Notes under the pieces: model-generated
The model's input: the letters and a program-made list of their open reading frames with translations, nothing else
Database searches by the model: none
What the model was told of the DNA's origin: nothing
Program-made: the position numbers and the translations under genes
IMG/VR virus record: IMGVR_UViG_3300027749_000095
Coordinates: 8,200 to 72,199 of that record
Strand: one strand, 5' to 3'
Length of the DNA: 64,000 bases
Source of the DNA: a virus
Part shown: positions 17,536 to 26,441 of the stretch, in pieces
How positions within the stretch are numbered: position 1 is the first letter of the stretch
Layout of the letters: every line of letters starts with the position of its first letter

Positions 17536-18580
17536 CATTAAGTTTAAACTGCTCATATAACCAGGACCAGTCATTAATTTTAATTAATGCGTCCTGGTTT
17601 TCTTTATTTTCTATACCGTATTGCATACCTAACACAGCGCCTGGAATAACATATTCCCCAAATGGTCTGTCTAATCCTTTAGTAGTCCATATTGCTAATC
17701 TTTTAGCAGTTTCATCTTGATCTGATCTTGCAATAACATTGCTGACTAACTTGGCTGCTTCTCTAAATCCACTGCGCCAGGCATTCCAAGGACTAGATGC
17801 AAATCTATTAACACTTGCCACAATAGGCATAATCTTAAGTTTATTACTAAGACTAGTACTAATGTCAACTCCGTCTTTTGTTACGTCAAATAACATTTTA
17901 GGTAGCAGTTTGATAGCACCATTACCATACTCGAGATCATTTATTTCGTTGCGACTGTGCCATATATGTACTAGGTCAAAGTCATAATCTTCTACATGAT
18001 AGTCAAAGTTAAATGTGTCCAGCACTTCATTGTCAGCATCAACTACCCAAAAATAATCTGTTGTAGATTGTTCTGCACAGGCCTTATGACTAAGGTAGAT
18101 ATTCTTTTCACCGTATACACGTTTAGCTTGCGGAAATCTATTGCTTAATATTTGCCAGTTATCCCAACTATTGGGTTCGTTGTAGGATAGAAAAAATATA
18201 TCATAAGTTATATCTTGTTGCACTACATAATTGTTTATATATTTTAAATTTGTAAAAAACTCTTGACTTGTATCTATCTGATGAGTTTTAGGAATTAGAT
18301 AACATTGAAATTTATCAGCGTATTTTTGAAATAATTTAAACACATGTACAAATTCGCCATCCCATTTTTTAGGCTCAAACTCTATCATTGTATCTAAGGA
18401 GTCATAGCTTGAATCTATAAACCAAAAGAATTTAGTAAGAACATTTTTCTTAGCCAGATTAGCAGTGTTAGTTAATGTGCTATCAAACTCTATAAATTTA
18501 GCAAACGGATATTTTTCTATTAAGAGATTTTTACGCTCATTAAGAAGAGGTTTAGAATTATAAAATACTATATCGTACAT
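17510..18580 (-). CDS. GT-A-like glycosyltransferase, two-domain
   Basis: FWVVDADN DxD motif; C-terminal half is paralogous to the 18580-19491 protein (YDIxxLSYxEPN, YGNG, WRxGFRE). Confidence 0.6.
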   Translation of the reverse strand: MYDIVFYNSKPLLNERKNLLIEKYPFAKFIEFDSTLTNTANLAKKNVLTKFFWFIDSSYDSLDTMIEFEPKKWDGEFVHVFKLFQKYADKFQCYLIPKTHQIDTSQEFFTNLKYINNYVVQQDITYDIFFLSYNEPNSWDNWQILSNRFPQAKRVYGEKNIYLSHKACAEQSTTDYFWVVDADNEVLDTFNFDYHVEDYDFDLVHIWHSRNEINDLEYGNGAIKLLPKMLFDVTKDGVDISTSLSNKLKIMPIVASVNRFASSPWNAWRSGFREAAKLVSNVIARSDQDETAKRLAIWTTKGLDRPFGEYVIPGAVLGMQYGIENKENQDALIKINDWSWLYEQFKLNVKLPLRPE

Positions 18581-19491
18581 TATTCTTTGTCCAAAAATCC
18601 ATGACCTTTACGATACTGATTAAGGTGCACTGATTTAAAAAATTTACTAGCATCGGCATTTAAATCTGCTATCTCGAGATCGAGTGCGTTTTTCAAGCTG
18701 ACGCCATAGGTTTTGATAGAGTCTTCAAGATCTATATGTTCTACATCACTGTGCCATAGGCCGGTAAGATAATCAAAATCTCTAACCTGTATATAGTCCC
18801 AGTTAGTGCAGTTGGTCATATAACACCCGTGACGAGCACCAAGAATTGCCCAAAGCCCATTGGTTGCATCGGCGCCGACATTAAGCCAGACTCGCAAACG
18901 ATCTAAATTTTTCCAATGAATTTCTTTTTTAAATTCTTTGTTAGCAGTTTTAACGCCGCGCTCAAGTGACATCTTTACGCCTTCACGGAAGCCAGCTCTC
19001 CATGATTGAAACGGACTTGCATTATTATATACGTCCGAAAAGCAACTATTCATTTGAATATACTCAGCATCCCAACAAAAGTCTACTTGTGCATTAGGGT
19101 CGTCTGCAGGTGCATTTTCGTGTGTTTTCATGTCTAAAACATACTGTTTAGGCCACAATTTTAGACCTCCATTGCCGTACATTAGACCGTTTACTACGTT
19201 GTACCCTGCCCAGCTAATAACACACTTAGATAAGTCTTTATGCTCATCAAAATCAATTTCTTGATTTAAGAAATCTTCCCGTACAGTATTGTCGCCGTCT
19301 ACCGTAACAAATCGATCTGTATCACTTAAACGAGCGCAGGCTTTGTGGGCGGCATCACTACCTTTAACGCCATGCACACGCTTTGCCCAAGGTACCTTCT
19401 TTAACAAATCTGCATAATTTTTTTCTGCATTTGGTTCGTCGTAACTAAGATAGATAATATCGTAATCTAAAATTTTAACTGTTTGTGTCAT
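18580..19491 (-). CDS. GT-A-like glycosyltransferase
   Basis: LSYDEPN, AHKACA, VTVDGDN DxD motif, YGNGGLKLW, WRAGFREG. Confidence 0.6.
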   Translation of the reverse strand: MTQTVKILDYDIIYLSYDEPNAEKNYADLLKKVPWAKRVHGVKGSDAAHKACARLSDTDRFVTVDGDNTVREDFLNQEIDFDEHKDLSKCVISWAGYNVVNGLMYGNGGLKLWPKQYVLDMKTHENAPADDPNAQVDFCWDAEYIQMNSCFSDVYNNASPFQSWRAGFREGVKMSLERGVKTANKEFKKEIHWKNLDRLRVWLNVGADATNGLWAILGARHGCYMTNCTNWDYIQVRDFDYLTGLWHSDVEHIDLEDSIKTYGVSLKNALDLEIADLNADASKFFKSVHLNQYRKGHGFLDKE

Positions 19492-20105
19492 GATATGATA
19501 TAATGTCCAACTGAGGAAAAGAATTGTTTGACAAAGACAACGGTATTCTCAACATCGCCTTCTTTGTCTGAATGATAGTATACAATTTCTCTGTCTTTCT
19601 TAATTAATTCATTTATTGAAACTTTAATAGTTCTGTAGATAAAATTCATGTTACGTTTGTCAATTATATAAATCTCAAGGGTAGTATTAAGATTATATTT
19701 TTTTAATATTTCTTTTTGATCTGTGCGTATTTGAAATCCCCATTTTTTAAATGTAGGATAATTTTCAATAGTAAACATACTGTCCCAATTAGTAACTAAC
19801 GGAGCACGGGTCAGGAATACTGCTGCAATATCATCTTCATATTTAGAAATAATTCTTGGAGTATTTTGGTCAATAAATGTGATCTGAAAATCTTTAAACT
19901 GACTTATTCCATTTAAAAAGTCTTTAATAACATCAAATTCAAACTCCACAAAGCAGTCATACACCGTACTTTCTTCATTAGTAATACTTACAATGTTGCC
20001 GGAGTCTTTATCAAAATATACTCGATAAGGTAATACTACAGTACTCAATGCTAATGACTGAGCTAACAATTCATAAGGGATAATGTCTTCTTCTGGATTA
20101 TACAT
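19488..20105 (-). CDS. hypothetical protein
   Basis: 205-aa ORF overlapping neighbours in the operon. Confidence 0.7.
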   Translation of the reverse strand: MYNPEEDIIPYELLAQSLALSTVVLPYRVYFDKDSGNIVSITNEESTVYDCFVEFEFDVIKDFLNGISQFKDFQITFIDQNTPRIISKYEDDIAAVFLTRAPLVTNWDSMFTIENYPTFKKWGFQIRTDQKEILKKYNLNTTLEIYIIDKRNMNFIYRTIKVSINELIKKDREIVYYHSDKEGDVENTVVFVKQFFSSVGHYIIS

Positions 20106-20922
20106 TTAATTTCTCAATGATCGTATCTGTAAGGAATGCATCTTCCACATAATGGAATACACCATGTTGTCTAAAATTATTTAGATACAACTCTCTAGCG
20201 TCTGTAAAATTAATTAATAATTGACTTAGACAAGAATGTGGAATAGGATCCCACCCTTGTAATGCTGGCTTTAAATGCGTAAATGTAAATGGGCTGTTTT
20301 TATTTGTAATGATATCATCAATTCCCATTAACTTAGCAGCAATGGCTACTGATACATCAAAACTATAGAAGTTCTGCATGTTCTTAGGAGCAACTTCATA
20401 AAATATTTTATTCCAATTATTAGTAATAAATTCTAATAATTTAAAAAAATCTTCTGCAAGTTGCGATTTTTTAAAATAACACATTCCAGAGTATAAATTT
20501 GGTAAATCATTAGCTACAAACATTTTTCTATATGTGTTATCAACAACTGTACGTGATTTATAATCTACAACCGACGATGTAAAAAATAAATCTCGTTCAC
20601 TAGCAAATTTCCAAACATGTTCTATATTATCTAAAACTAGCATGTCTGCATCAAGTACAATGGTTTCATCATAGGGGCTTGACCTGTAAAGTTTCCATCT
20701 ATTTTCTACTTTCCATGTGCTATTTGCAGCTGAGTCTCCAAAATAAATTGGGATAACTTTATCAAATACTTTAGAAAAACCTAGCGGTAACGAATCATTA
20801 GTAACAATACTAATATTATTAATAGTAGGCTGTGTTGCTTTAATACTCAGGGCCAGAGCATATGCTTGTCTAATATAGTCAACATCACTATTCTGAGCAA
20901 GTACTAAAAAGCCCTTACTCAT
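20098..20922 (-). CDS. GT8-like glycosyltransferase
   Basis: ALALSIK, SPYDETIVLDADML DxD motif, YSG, FTHLK. Confidence 0.65.
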   Translation of the reverse strand: MSKGFLVLAQNSDVDYIRQAYALALSIKATQPTINNISIVTNDSLPLGFSKVFDKVIPIYFGDSAANSTWKVENRWKLYRSSPYDETIVLDADMLVLDNIEHVWKFASERDLFFTSSVVDYKSRTVVDNTYRKMFVANDLPNLYSGMCYFKKSQLAEDFFKLLEFITNNWNKIFYEVAPKNMQNFYSFDVSVAIAAKLMGIDDIITNKNSPFTFTHLKPALQGWDPIPHSCLSQLLINFTDARELYLNNFRQHGVFHYVEDAFLTDTIIEKLNV

Positions 20923-21754
20923 GTACTACTCCATCAATGCAACGAGTAAGACTAAATTTGTTCATAACATGTACATCTAGATTGCTAGTTTTAACAGCAG
21001 TATATTCACCATTATAGTTTTTCTTTTCCACTAGAAATTTTAATTTTGACTTATCTATTTCTAATAATATATCTCTATCTAAAATATAGTTCATCTTTCC
21101 CGGCAGCGGAGCTGCAAAATCTTCGCCCATCATATGTATTGCAATGCTAAATGCAAAGTCATTTCTAAATACTGTGGAGTCTACGTTATATAACAAACGA
21201 TAGTAATTCCAATTTAATTTAATGTTTTTAATTAGATCAAAGAATGCCCATGTTACTGTGGTCTTTTTAAAATAAAATGCAGTGGCCCAATAGAACGGAA
21301 TTGAGTGTTGATTTAAATATCGAAAACTACGGTCATCACGCCAGTTGGCTAAATCAAAGCTGTCTTTATATATTAGGAAATCTTGTTGATTGTTCCATAT
21401 ATTTTTTAGTGTAGGACTGCTAATGATAAAATCACTGTCAATAACCAATGTCTCATCGTAGGGAGACAAATCGCAACAATCGCTCCTTGATAAGTTTTTC
21501 CATGTTAAAGTTTTTGCAGCCAAGGACCCGTCATAGAATTTTTTAGTCTGATGTGTCTCTGTCCATATTTCTATAATTTGATCAAACACTGATTCGGCAT
21601 CAGGTTGGCTTTGGTTAATCCATCCTGCACTGTCAGTTACTAGACTCACAGGAACATCTAGATATTCTTTTACTCGTTTGGCGGCAAACACAGATATCTT
21701 TGCATAATCAATTTCTGCATTGTTTTGTGCAAATATTAAAACGCCACGTGTCAT
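20915..21754 (-). CDS. GT8-like glycosyltransferase (paralog of 20098-20922)
   Basis: SPYDETLVIDSDF DxD motif, RNDFAFSIA, HVMNK. Confidence 0.6.
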   Translation of the reverse strand: MTRGVLIFAQNNAEIDYAKISVFAAKRVKEYLDVPVSLVTDSAGWINQSQPDAESVFDQIIEIWTETHQTKKFYDGSLAAKTLTWKNLSRSDCCDLSPYDETLVIDSDFIISSPTLKNIWNNQQDFLIYKDSFDLANWRDDRSFRYLNQHSIPFYWATAFYFKKTTVTWAFFDLIKNIKLNWNYYRLLYNVDSTVFRNDFAFSIAIHMMGEDFAAPLPGKMNYILDRDILLEIDKSKLKFLVEKKNYNGEYTAVKTSNLDVHVMNKFSLTRCIDGVVHE

Positions 21755-22098
21755 AGGGCTATTAAATCGCCAACACGGCGTTTAGATCTAATTTGATTGT
21801 ATTTTACCAAATATTCATTAGTTGCACTAAAATAGATAGAAATGATCTCGTCTAAAAACAATTTTAAATCGGGTATTTCTACTGGGATATTGTTGTCGTC
21901 AAGTACTACTGCAACGGTAGTATTGCGGGCAACTAGGGTGCTGATAAAAGTAATTAAATTTCTTTCAATAGTGAAACTTGCACCTTGAAAATAATAGATA
22001 AGACTTTGTTGAAATTCTTCAAGAATAACCTTGCGTTGATTACTCAACGTGGTCATATAATTGGCTGTTTGAAATGCTTTTTCTAATCGTTCGTCCAC
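21751..22098 (-). CDS. hypothetical protein
   Basis: GTG start with GGAGG RBS. Confidence 0.7.
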   Translation of the reverse strand: MDERLEKAFQTANYMTTLSNQRKVILEEFQQSLIYYFQGASFTIERNLITFISTLVARNTTVAVVLDDNNIPVEIPDLKLFLDEIISIYFSATNEYLVKYNQIRSKRRVGDLIAL

Positions 22099-22157
22099 AG
22101 TAACCTCCAGAGCTTTTACTATACAGTATAGTAATTAGCTTGTTAAGAAGTTTAGGG

Positions 22158-23051
22158 TTACATTCCTGACTGACTAGCAGAAGGTCCGGTGACTGATACG
22201 TTTGCGCCGGACGGACGATATTGACTAACTACGCTATTTAATGTACCGTCTGCGTTTTCGTCAACGTTTGGATCTCCAACGTCGTTGTCTTGGAATTCAA
22301 TAGTTAAAATTAATTGTGTTGACCCTGCATCTTTACGGGCATATACATAGTATCTATTTTCTGCATATGATCCCGATGGGGCACTTTTTTGACCAATTAA
22401 TTGATTAGATGTTGTAAGATCAAACCATCCAACTGCCGAGCCAGTTGCACTTGATCCAGTAACCGTTGTTTGAGTGTAATCCATAACGAACTCGCCCATT
22501 TGAGTAAACATGGTATCCCAAGTTGTATTCTTGCTGCTTGATGTGCCGCCGGATCTATTAGCGGATACACGAATCTTGCCGCCTGCATTAAAAAAATATC
22601 GCATATTATCAGCAGTACTTGACACTGTTACAGTGTGCGTAAGAGTTCCGTTCCATGCTGTTGAACGAGTTCCTGTAATTAGTCCTTCACTTGAATATTG
22701 TGAAGCACCAATTAGGAATTTATCCGAAGTTATAGTGTTTGAAAATAAATTAAATTGATTACGCAATGCTTCTGTAATGGAGTTGCCGCTGGCTGGTACT
22801 AATAAATTTGCACCGTCGGTTGCGCTGCCGTTGCTTACTGTTATACCTTGATGCTGACGGCATTTTACCATATCATTGCGCAAAGCAAGCCAACTAGCTG
22901 CATAAATTACAGATCCTGCAGATACTGTTGGTGAGGTTATAGACTGACCATAGCCTGTTTGTCCCGATCCTGTACCAAAAACTAAATCTACTTTAGCTTT
23001 AATTGTATCGTAATCGGCTTTTTCAATTGTTGACCCAACACCTGCTGACAT
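22158..23051 (-). CDS. virion structural protein (tail-associated)
   Basis: Ser/Thr/Gly-rich; GYGQ and RYFFNAGG motifs; directly follows tail fibre genes. Confidence 0.65.
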   Translation of the reverse strand: MSAGVGSTIEKADYDTIKAKVDLVFGTGSGQTGYGQSITSPTVSAGSVIYAASWLALRNDMVKCRQHQGITVSNGSATDGANLLVPASGNSITEALRNQFNLFSNTITSDKFLIGASQYSSEGLITGTRSTAWNGTLTHTVTVSSTADNMRYFFNAGGKIRVSANRSGGTSSSKNTTWDTMFTQMGEFVMDYTQTTVTGSSATGSAVGWFDLTTSNQLIGQKSAPSGSYAENRYYVYARKDAGSTQLILTIEFQDNDVGDPNVDENADGTLNSVVSQYRPSGANVSVTGPSASQSGM

Positions 23052-23061
23052 GTTTTATCCC

Positions 23062-24555
23062 TTATAATACAATTGCTTCGACCAGTTTAACACCAGTATC
23101 GTTACTACTTTCCAATGCAATGGCAAAAACATCATTTGAATGATGTACTCCTACACTTGCACAACCGTCATTTGCTGCAATTAAACTGTCGCCTTTGCGA
23201 ACAGCACCACTTACTTTTATAGGAACACGGCCTTTTAACGCAATGTATGTTCCGCCTTCTAACTCACTATTCATCATGTAAGCTGGGTTAGCAGATACTG
23301 CTCCTATTGCACGTTTACCCCACGAGCTAGCAGTGACTTCTTTTTCACCACCTACTACAACTACTGTGCCAATTTCATATTCTTGATCTGCAAGGTATTT
23401 TTCTGCCAAGTCAGCATATTGTGCGGAAGTAGCTATACCACGGAATACATTAGCTGTTAAATCGCCAAGGTTGTCTCGAGCTGCTACAGTGTGTACTACC
23501 GCATTTGCGGTTGCTGATCGATATATTCCACCAACATTAAGCGTGTCAGCTTGAGTTGCTGGACCATTGAATGATGTTGCATAAATTGTTGCATATTTAA
23601 AACTAGCAGATCCAATATTAGATACGCTATCTGCACCTGGTAAAATATTATTATCAGATAAAGTTAATGGGGTTCTAACACTTCCTGATGTTGTCTGGAA
23701 GGACAACAGTGAAGTTGCAGACTTAATTAACGGATTACTACTAGTAATATTAACTGTTAAAGTAGCAACACCTGCTCCGCTTGTGCCGCCTACAGTAAAT
23801 CCGCCATTATTAAATAACGCAGGGGTAATAGCAGGGGTAAAATCAAAGTCAAGAATACTAAGGAAATCGTCAGCAGTAACTCCGCCCAGTGCAAGCGCAT
23901 TTGTAGCAGTTCCGTGAAACACTTCAGTTGCAGTTGTTGTTATGCCTTCTGCATTGTTAGTATCTTTTAATGTAATACCAGCTTTAATAATTCCAAACCC
24001 TGAAATACTGTTGCCCAGTACTGCATCATCAATTACAAACGATTCTTTAGAAATAATATAGATTGTAGTGTCATCAACTACCGCTTGGATAACTGGTACT
24101 AGTGCTCCGCCTGTTCCAGAGGTAGCCCTAACACTACGAGATTTCATCTGCGTAGTGCCGCTACCTGAGACTCCTTGAGGTCCAACTAGGATAAATTCTG
24201 TTCCGCTCCATGAATATAACTGATCGTTAGCAGTATCCCACCAAAAATCACCTTGAGTTAATCCTGTAGGTGCAGTTGGACCAATCTCGGCGCCACCTGT
24301 TGTGCGCCACTTAGTGCTATCATAAAATTTTAATTTCTTAACGCTGCTATCGTACCAAATTTGACCAGAAATTCTTCGTGGTGGCTCTGTTGGGCTGGAA
24401 AAGTGTTCCAACAAGTGTAAGAAATTTTCGTTTTGGACTTCACCGTATCCAGCGTAATTTTTGCCGATAAGTTTAATATCGAGCGTATTGTCGATGGTGC
24501 CGTCTTCAACGACGGTTAGTGTTGTCCCATTATATCTGTCAATGCTATACGCCAT
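23062..24555 (-). CDS. tail fibre protein with C-terminal intramolecular chaperone / autocleavage-type domain
   Basis: N-terminus shared with the two neighbouring fibres; C-terminal YADLAEKY...PAYMMN...ALKGRVPIKV. Confidence 0.75.
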   Translation of the reverse strand: MAYSIDRYNGTTLTVVEDGTIDNTLDIKLIGKNYAGYGEVQNENFLHLLEHFSSPTEPPRRISGQIWYDSSVKKLKFYDSTKWRTTGGAEIGPTAPTGLTQGDFWWDTANDQLYSWSGTEFILVGPQGVSGSGTTQMKSRSVRATSGTGGALVPVIQAVVDDTTIYIISKESFVIDDAVLGNSISGFGIIKAGITLKDTNNAEGITTTATEVFHGTATNALALGGVTADDFLSILDFDFTPAITPALFNNGGFTVGGTSGAGVATLTVNITSSNPLIKSATSLLSFQTTSGSVRTPLTLSDNNILPGADSVSNIGSASFKYATIYATSFNGPATQADTLNVGGIYRSATANAVVHTVAARDNLGDLTANVFRGIATSAQYADLAEKYLADQEYEIGTVVVVGGEKEVTASSWGKRAIGAVSANPAYMMNSELEGGTYIALKGRVPIKVSGAVRKGDSLIAANDGCASVGVHHSNDVFAIALESSNDTGVKLVEAIVL

Positions 24556-24578
24556 TCGATCTACCCCTTAACTGTTAG

Positions 24579-24584
24579 TATTTA
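24579..24584 (-). promoter_or_regulatory. late promoter TAAATA
   Basis: CTAAATAC upstream of AGGGG RBS of the 24555 gene; motif recurs before structural genes. Confidence 0.55.
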
Positions 24585-24587
24585 GCT

Positions 24588-26441
24588 TTATGGACCCGTG
24601 ATGTCTGTCCATAGGCTAGACTGTATTTCAAAGATCTTTAATGATCTAGTTACTGTTACGGTTGCTGAGCCTAAATTTAAAGAATTTATATCAAAATCTT
24701 CTAATACAGGCTGATTTTGGTTCCCACCGTTTTTATCAACTGCAATATAATGTTTTACAAAATCACCAGTAGTAACTGGGCTAGTAGAATTAGTTAACAC
24801 TACAGCAGGATATGTAATTACTTGAGCTGTACAATGTATCCTAGCCCGAGTACCTTCTTCATAATATGATGTAGGAGCAATATCATCTAAAACTGCGGCA
24901 ATTCCTGCACTGTTTAATCCAGTAATATCTAAACTTAACGGAATAGTGCGGGCTCTAGTATATGTTTCGGTCCATATTTTTGTAGTTGCATCTTGATCAC
25001 TAGTGGGATCAGCAAGTCCCGTAATTTTAGGGCTACCGATTAACACAACATTGCCAGTGCCATCAGGTGCAAGCTCTATATTGCCATCGGTATCTAATGA
25101 ACTTAATCTATTATTATTTAAGTACAAATTGTCAACTGTTACTTCAATCTGCGGACCAAAACTTATAATACCCGGAGCACTTGTAATTGCTGCGCTAAGA
25201 CCTGTTGAGTTTAAAATTTCTGTGCCGTTAATATATAAAGATTTACCTGCTGCTAAGTTAATATTTTCAGAGATATCAAAACTAGTATATGAAGTGTGGT
25301 CATTCCATGCAATAGTCTTATTGGTCGTGCCTCTAATAGTAATGCCAGCGCCTGCTGCGGTAATATTAGTTGGTGATCCTACATTTGCAATAATAATATT
25401 TTTATCTTCAACTGTAAGTTCAGTAGTTGAAATCGTAGTAGTTGCACCGTTTACTGTCAAATTTCCGCTAATCAAGACATCACCATTAACATCAAGGGTC
25501 ACTGTTGGGGCATTATTAAAAATACCCACACGTTCATTTAAACTATTAACTGTGACTGCATCAACTAATCCACTGGAATTTTTAACTTTTAATAAAAAGT
25601 CTTGCCCTGAATTATTACTAACTATTTGGAATGCATTGTTATCTACTCGGATTTCACTATTAGCACTTGGTCCTAGAATCAACGGAGTACCATTTTGAAT
25701 TACTAATGTGCCGAAGCCGTTAATATCAGTTGCAATTGTAGATGTTCCACTTGTTGTTATAAAATTCTCAACTGTTTTGCTGTTACCGTATGCATCAAGT
25801 AGTGCGTTGGCAGTAGTAGCAGTAACATGAAATTTCATCCCAGATAATGTTCCTTGATTAAAACCTGGAGAAATTGTGCCGGTAAATCCACTAAGTCCAG
25901 AGGTGCCATCTCTAGGAGTAAAAGGAGTTGAATATTTACTAAAAATACCTAATAGTGTTGTTGCAACCCATAATTTAAGAATTACTCGAGGAGCATTATT
26001 TGTATCATAAATAGTATCAACTTCAAACCCGGATATTCCTTGACTATCTTTCCATATCTTACTAGCAGGATGTCTACTAGAAGCACCAGTATAAAAATAC
26101 AACTGATTTTCAGCACTGTCGATCCAAAAATCTCCCTGTATAGCTGTAATTGGGGCGGTTCCAGAAACTATAGGACCGCTGCCATTTTTAAATCCAAAAC
26201 CGTCATATACTTTTAATCTGTTTTCACTAGTGTCAAACCATAGCTGGCCAGCTAATGGATTATTAGGTTGGCTAGTGTTGGCAAAGTTTTCCAGGACCTT
26301 TACAAAATTTTCATTAATAAACTCCCCATACCCTGATACATTTTTACCAATGAGTGTAATATCGGTAGTTGTTTGATCGATCGCACTGTCGATAACTTCA
26401 GCAATTAGCGACCCATCAGTTTTGTTAATCTTATAAGTCAT
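24588..26441 (-). CDS. tail fibre protein
   Basis: LIGKNVSGYGEFINENF...GQLWFD N-terminus; Thr/Gly/Asn-rich beta-strand body. Confidence 0.7.
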   Translation of the reverse strand: MTYKINKTDGSLIAEVIDSAIDQTTTDITLIGKNVSGYGEFINENFVKVLENFANTSQPNNPLAGQLWFDTSENRLKVYDGFGFKNGSGPIVSGTAPITAIQGDFWIDSAENQLYFYTGASSRHPASKIWKDSQGISGFEVDTIYDTNNAPRVILKLWVATTLLGIFSKYSTPFTPRDGTSGLSGFTGTISPGFNQGTLSGMKFHVTATTANALLDAYGNSKTVENFITTSGTSTIATDINGFGTLVIQNGTPLILGPSANSEIRVDNNAFQIVSNNSGQDFLLKVKNSSGLVDAVTVNSLNERVGIFNNAPTVTLDVNGDVLISGNLTVNGATTTISTTELTVEDKNIIIANVGSPTNITAAGAGITIRGTTNKTIAWNDHTSYTSFDISENINLAAGKSLYINGTEILNSTGLSAAITSAPGIISFGPQIEVTVDNLYLNNNRLSSLDTDGNIELAPDGTGNVVLIGSPKITGLADPTSDQDATTKIWTETYTRARTIPLSLDITGLNSAGIAAVLDDIAPTSYYEEGTRARIHCTAQVITYPAVVLTNSTSPVTTGDFVKHYIAVDKNGGNQNQPVLEDFDINSLNLGSATVTVTRSLKIFEIQSSLWTDITGP

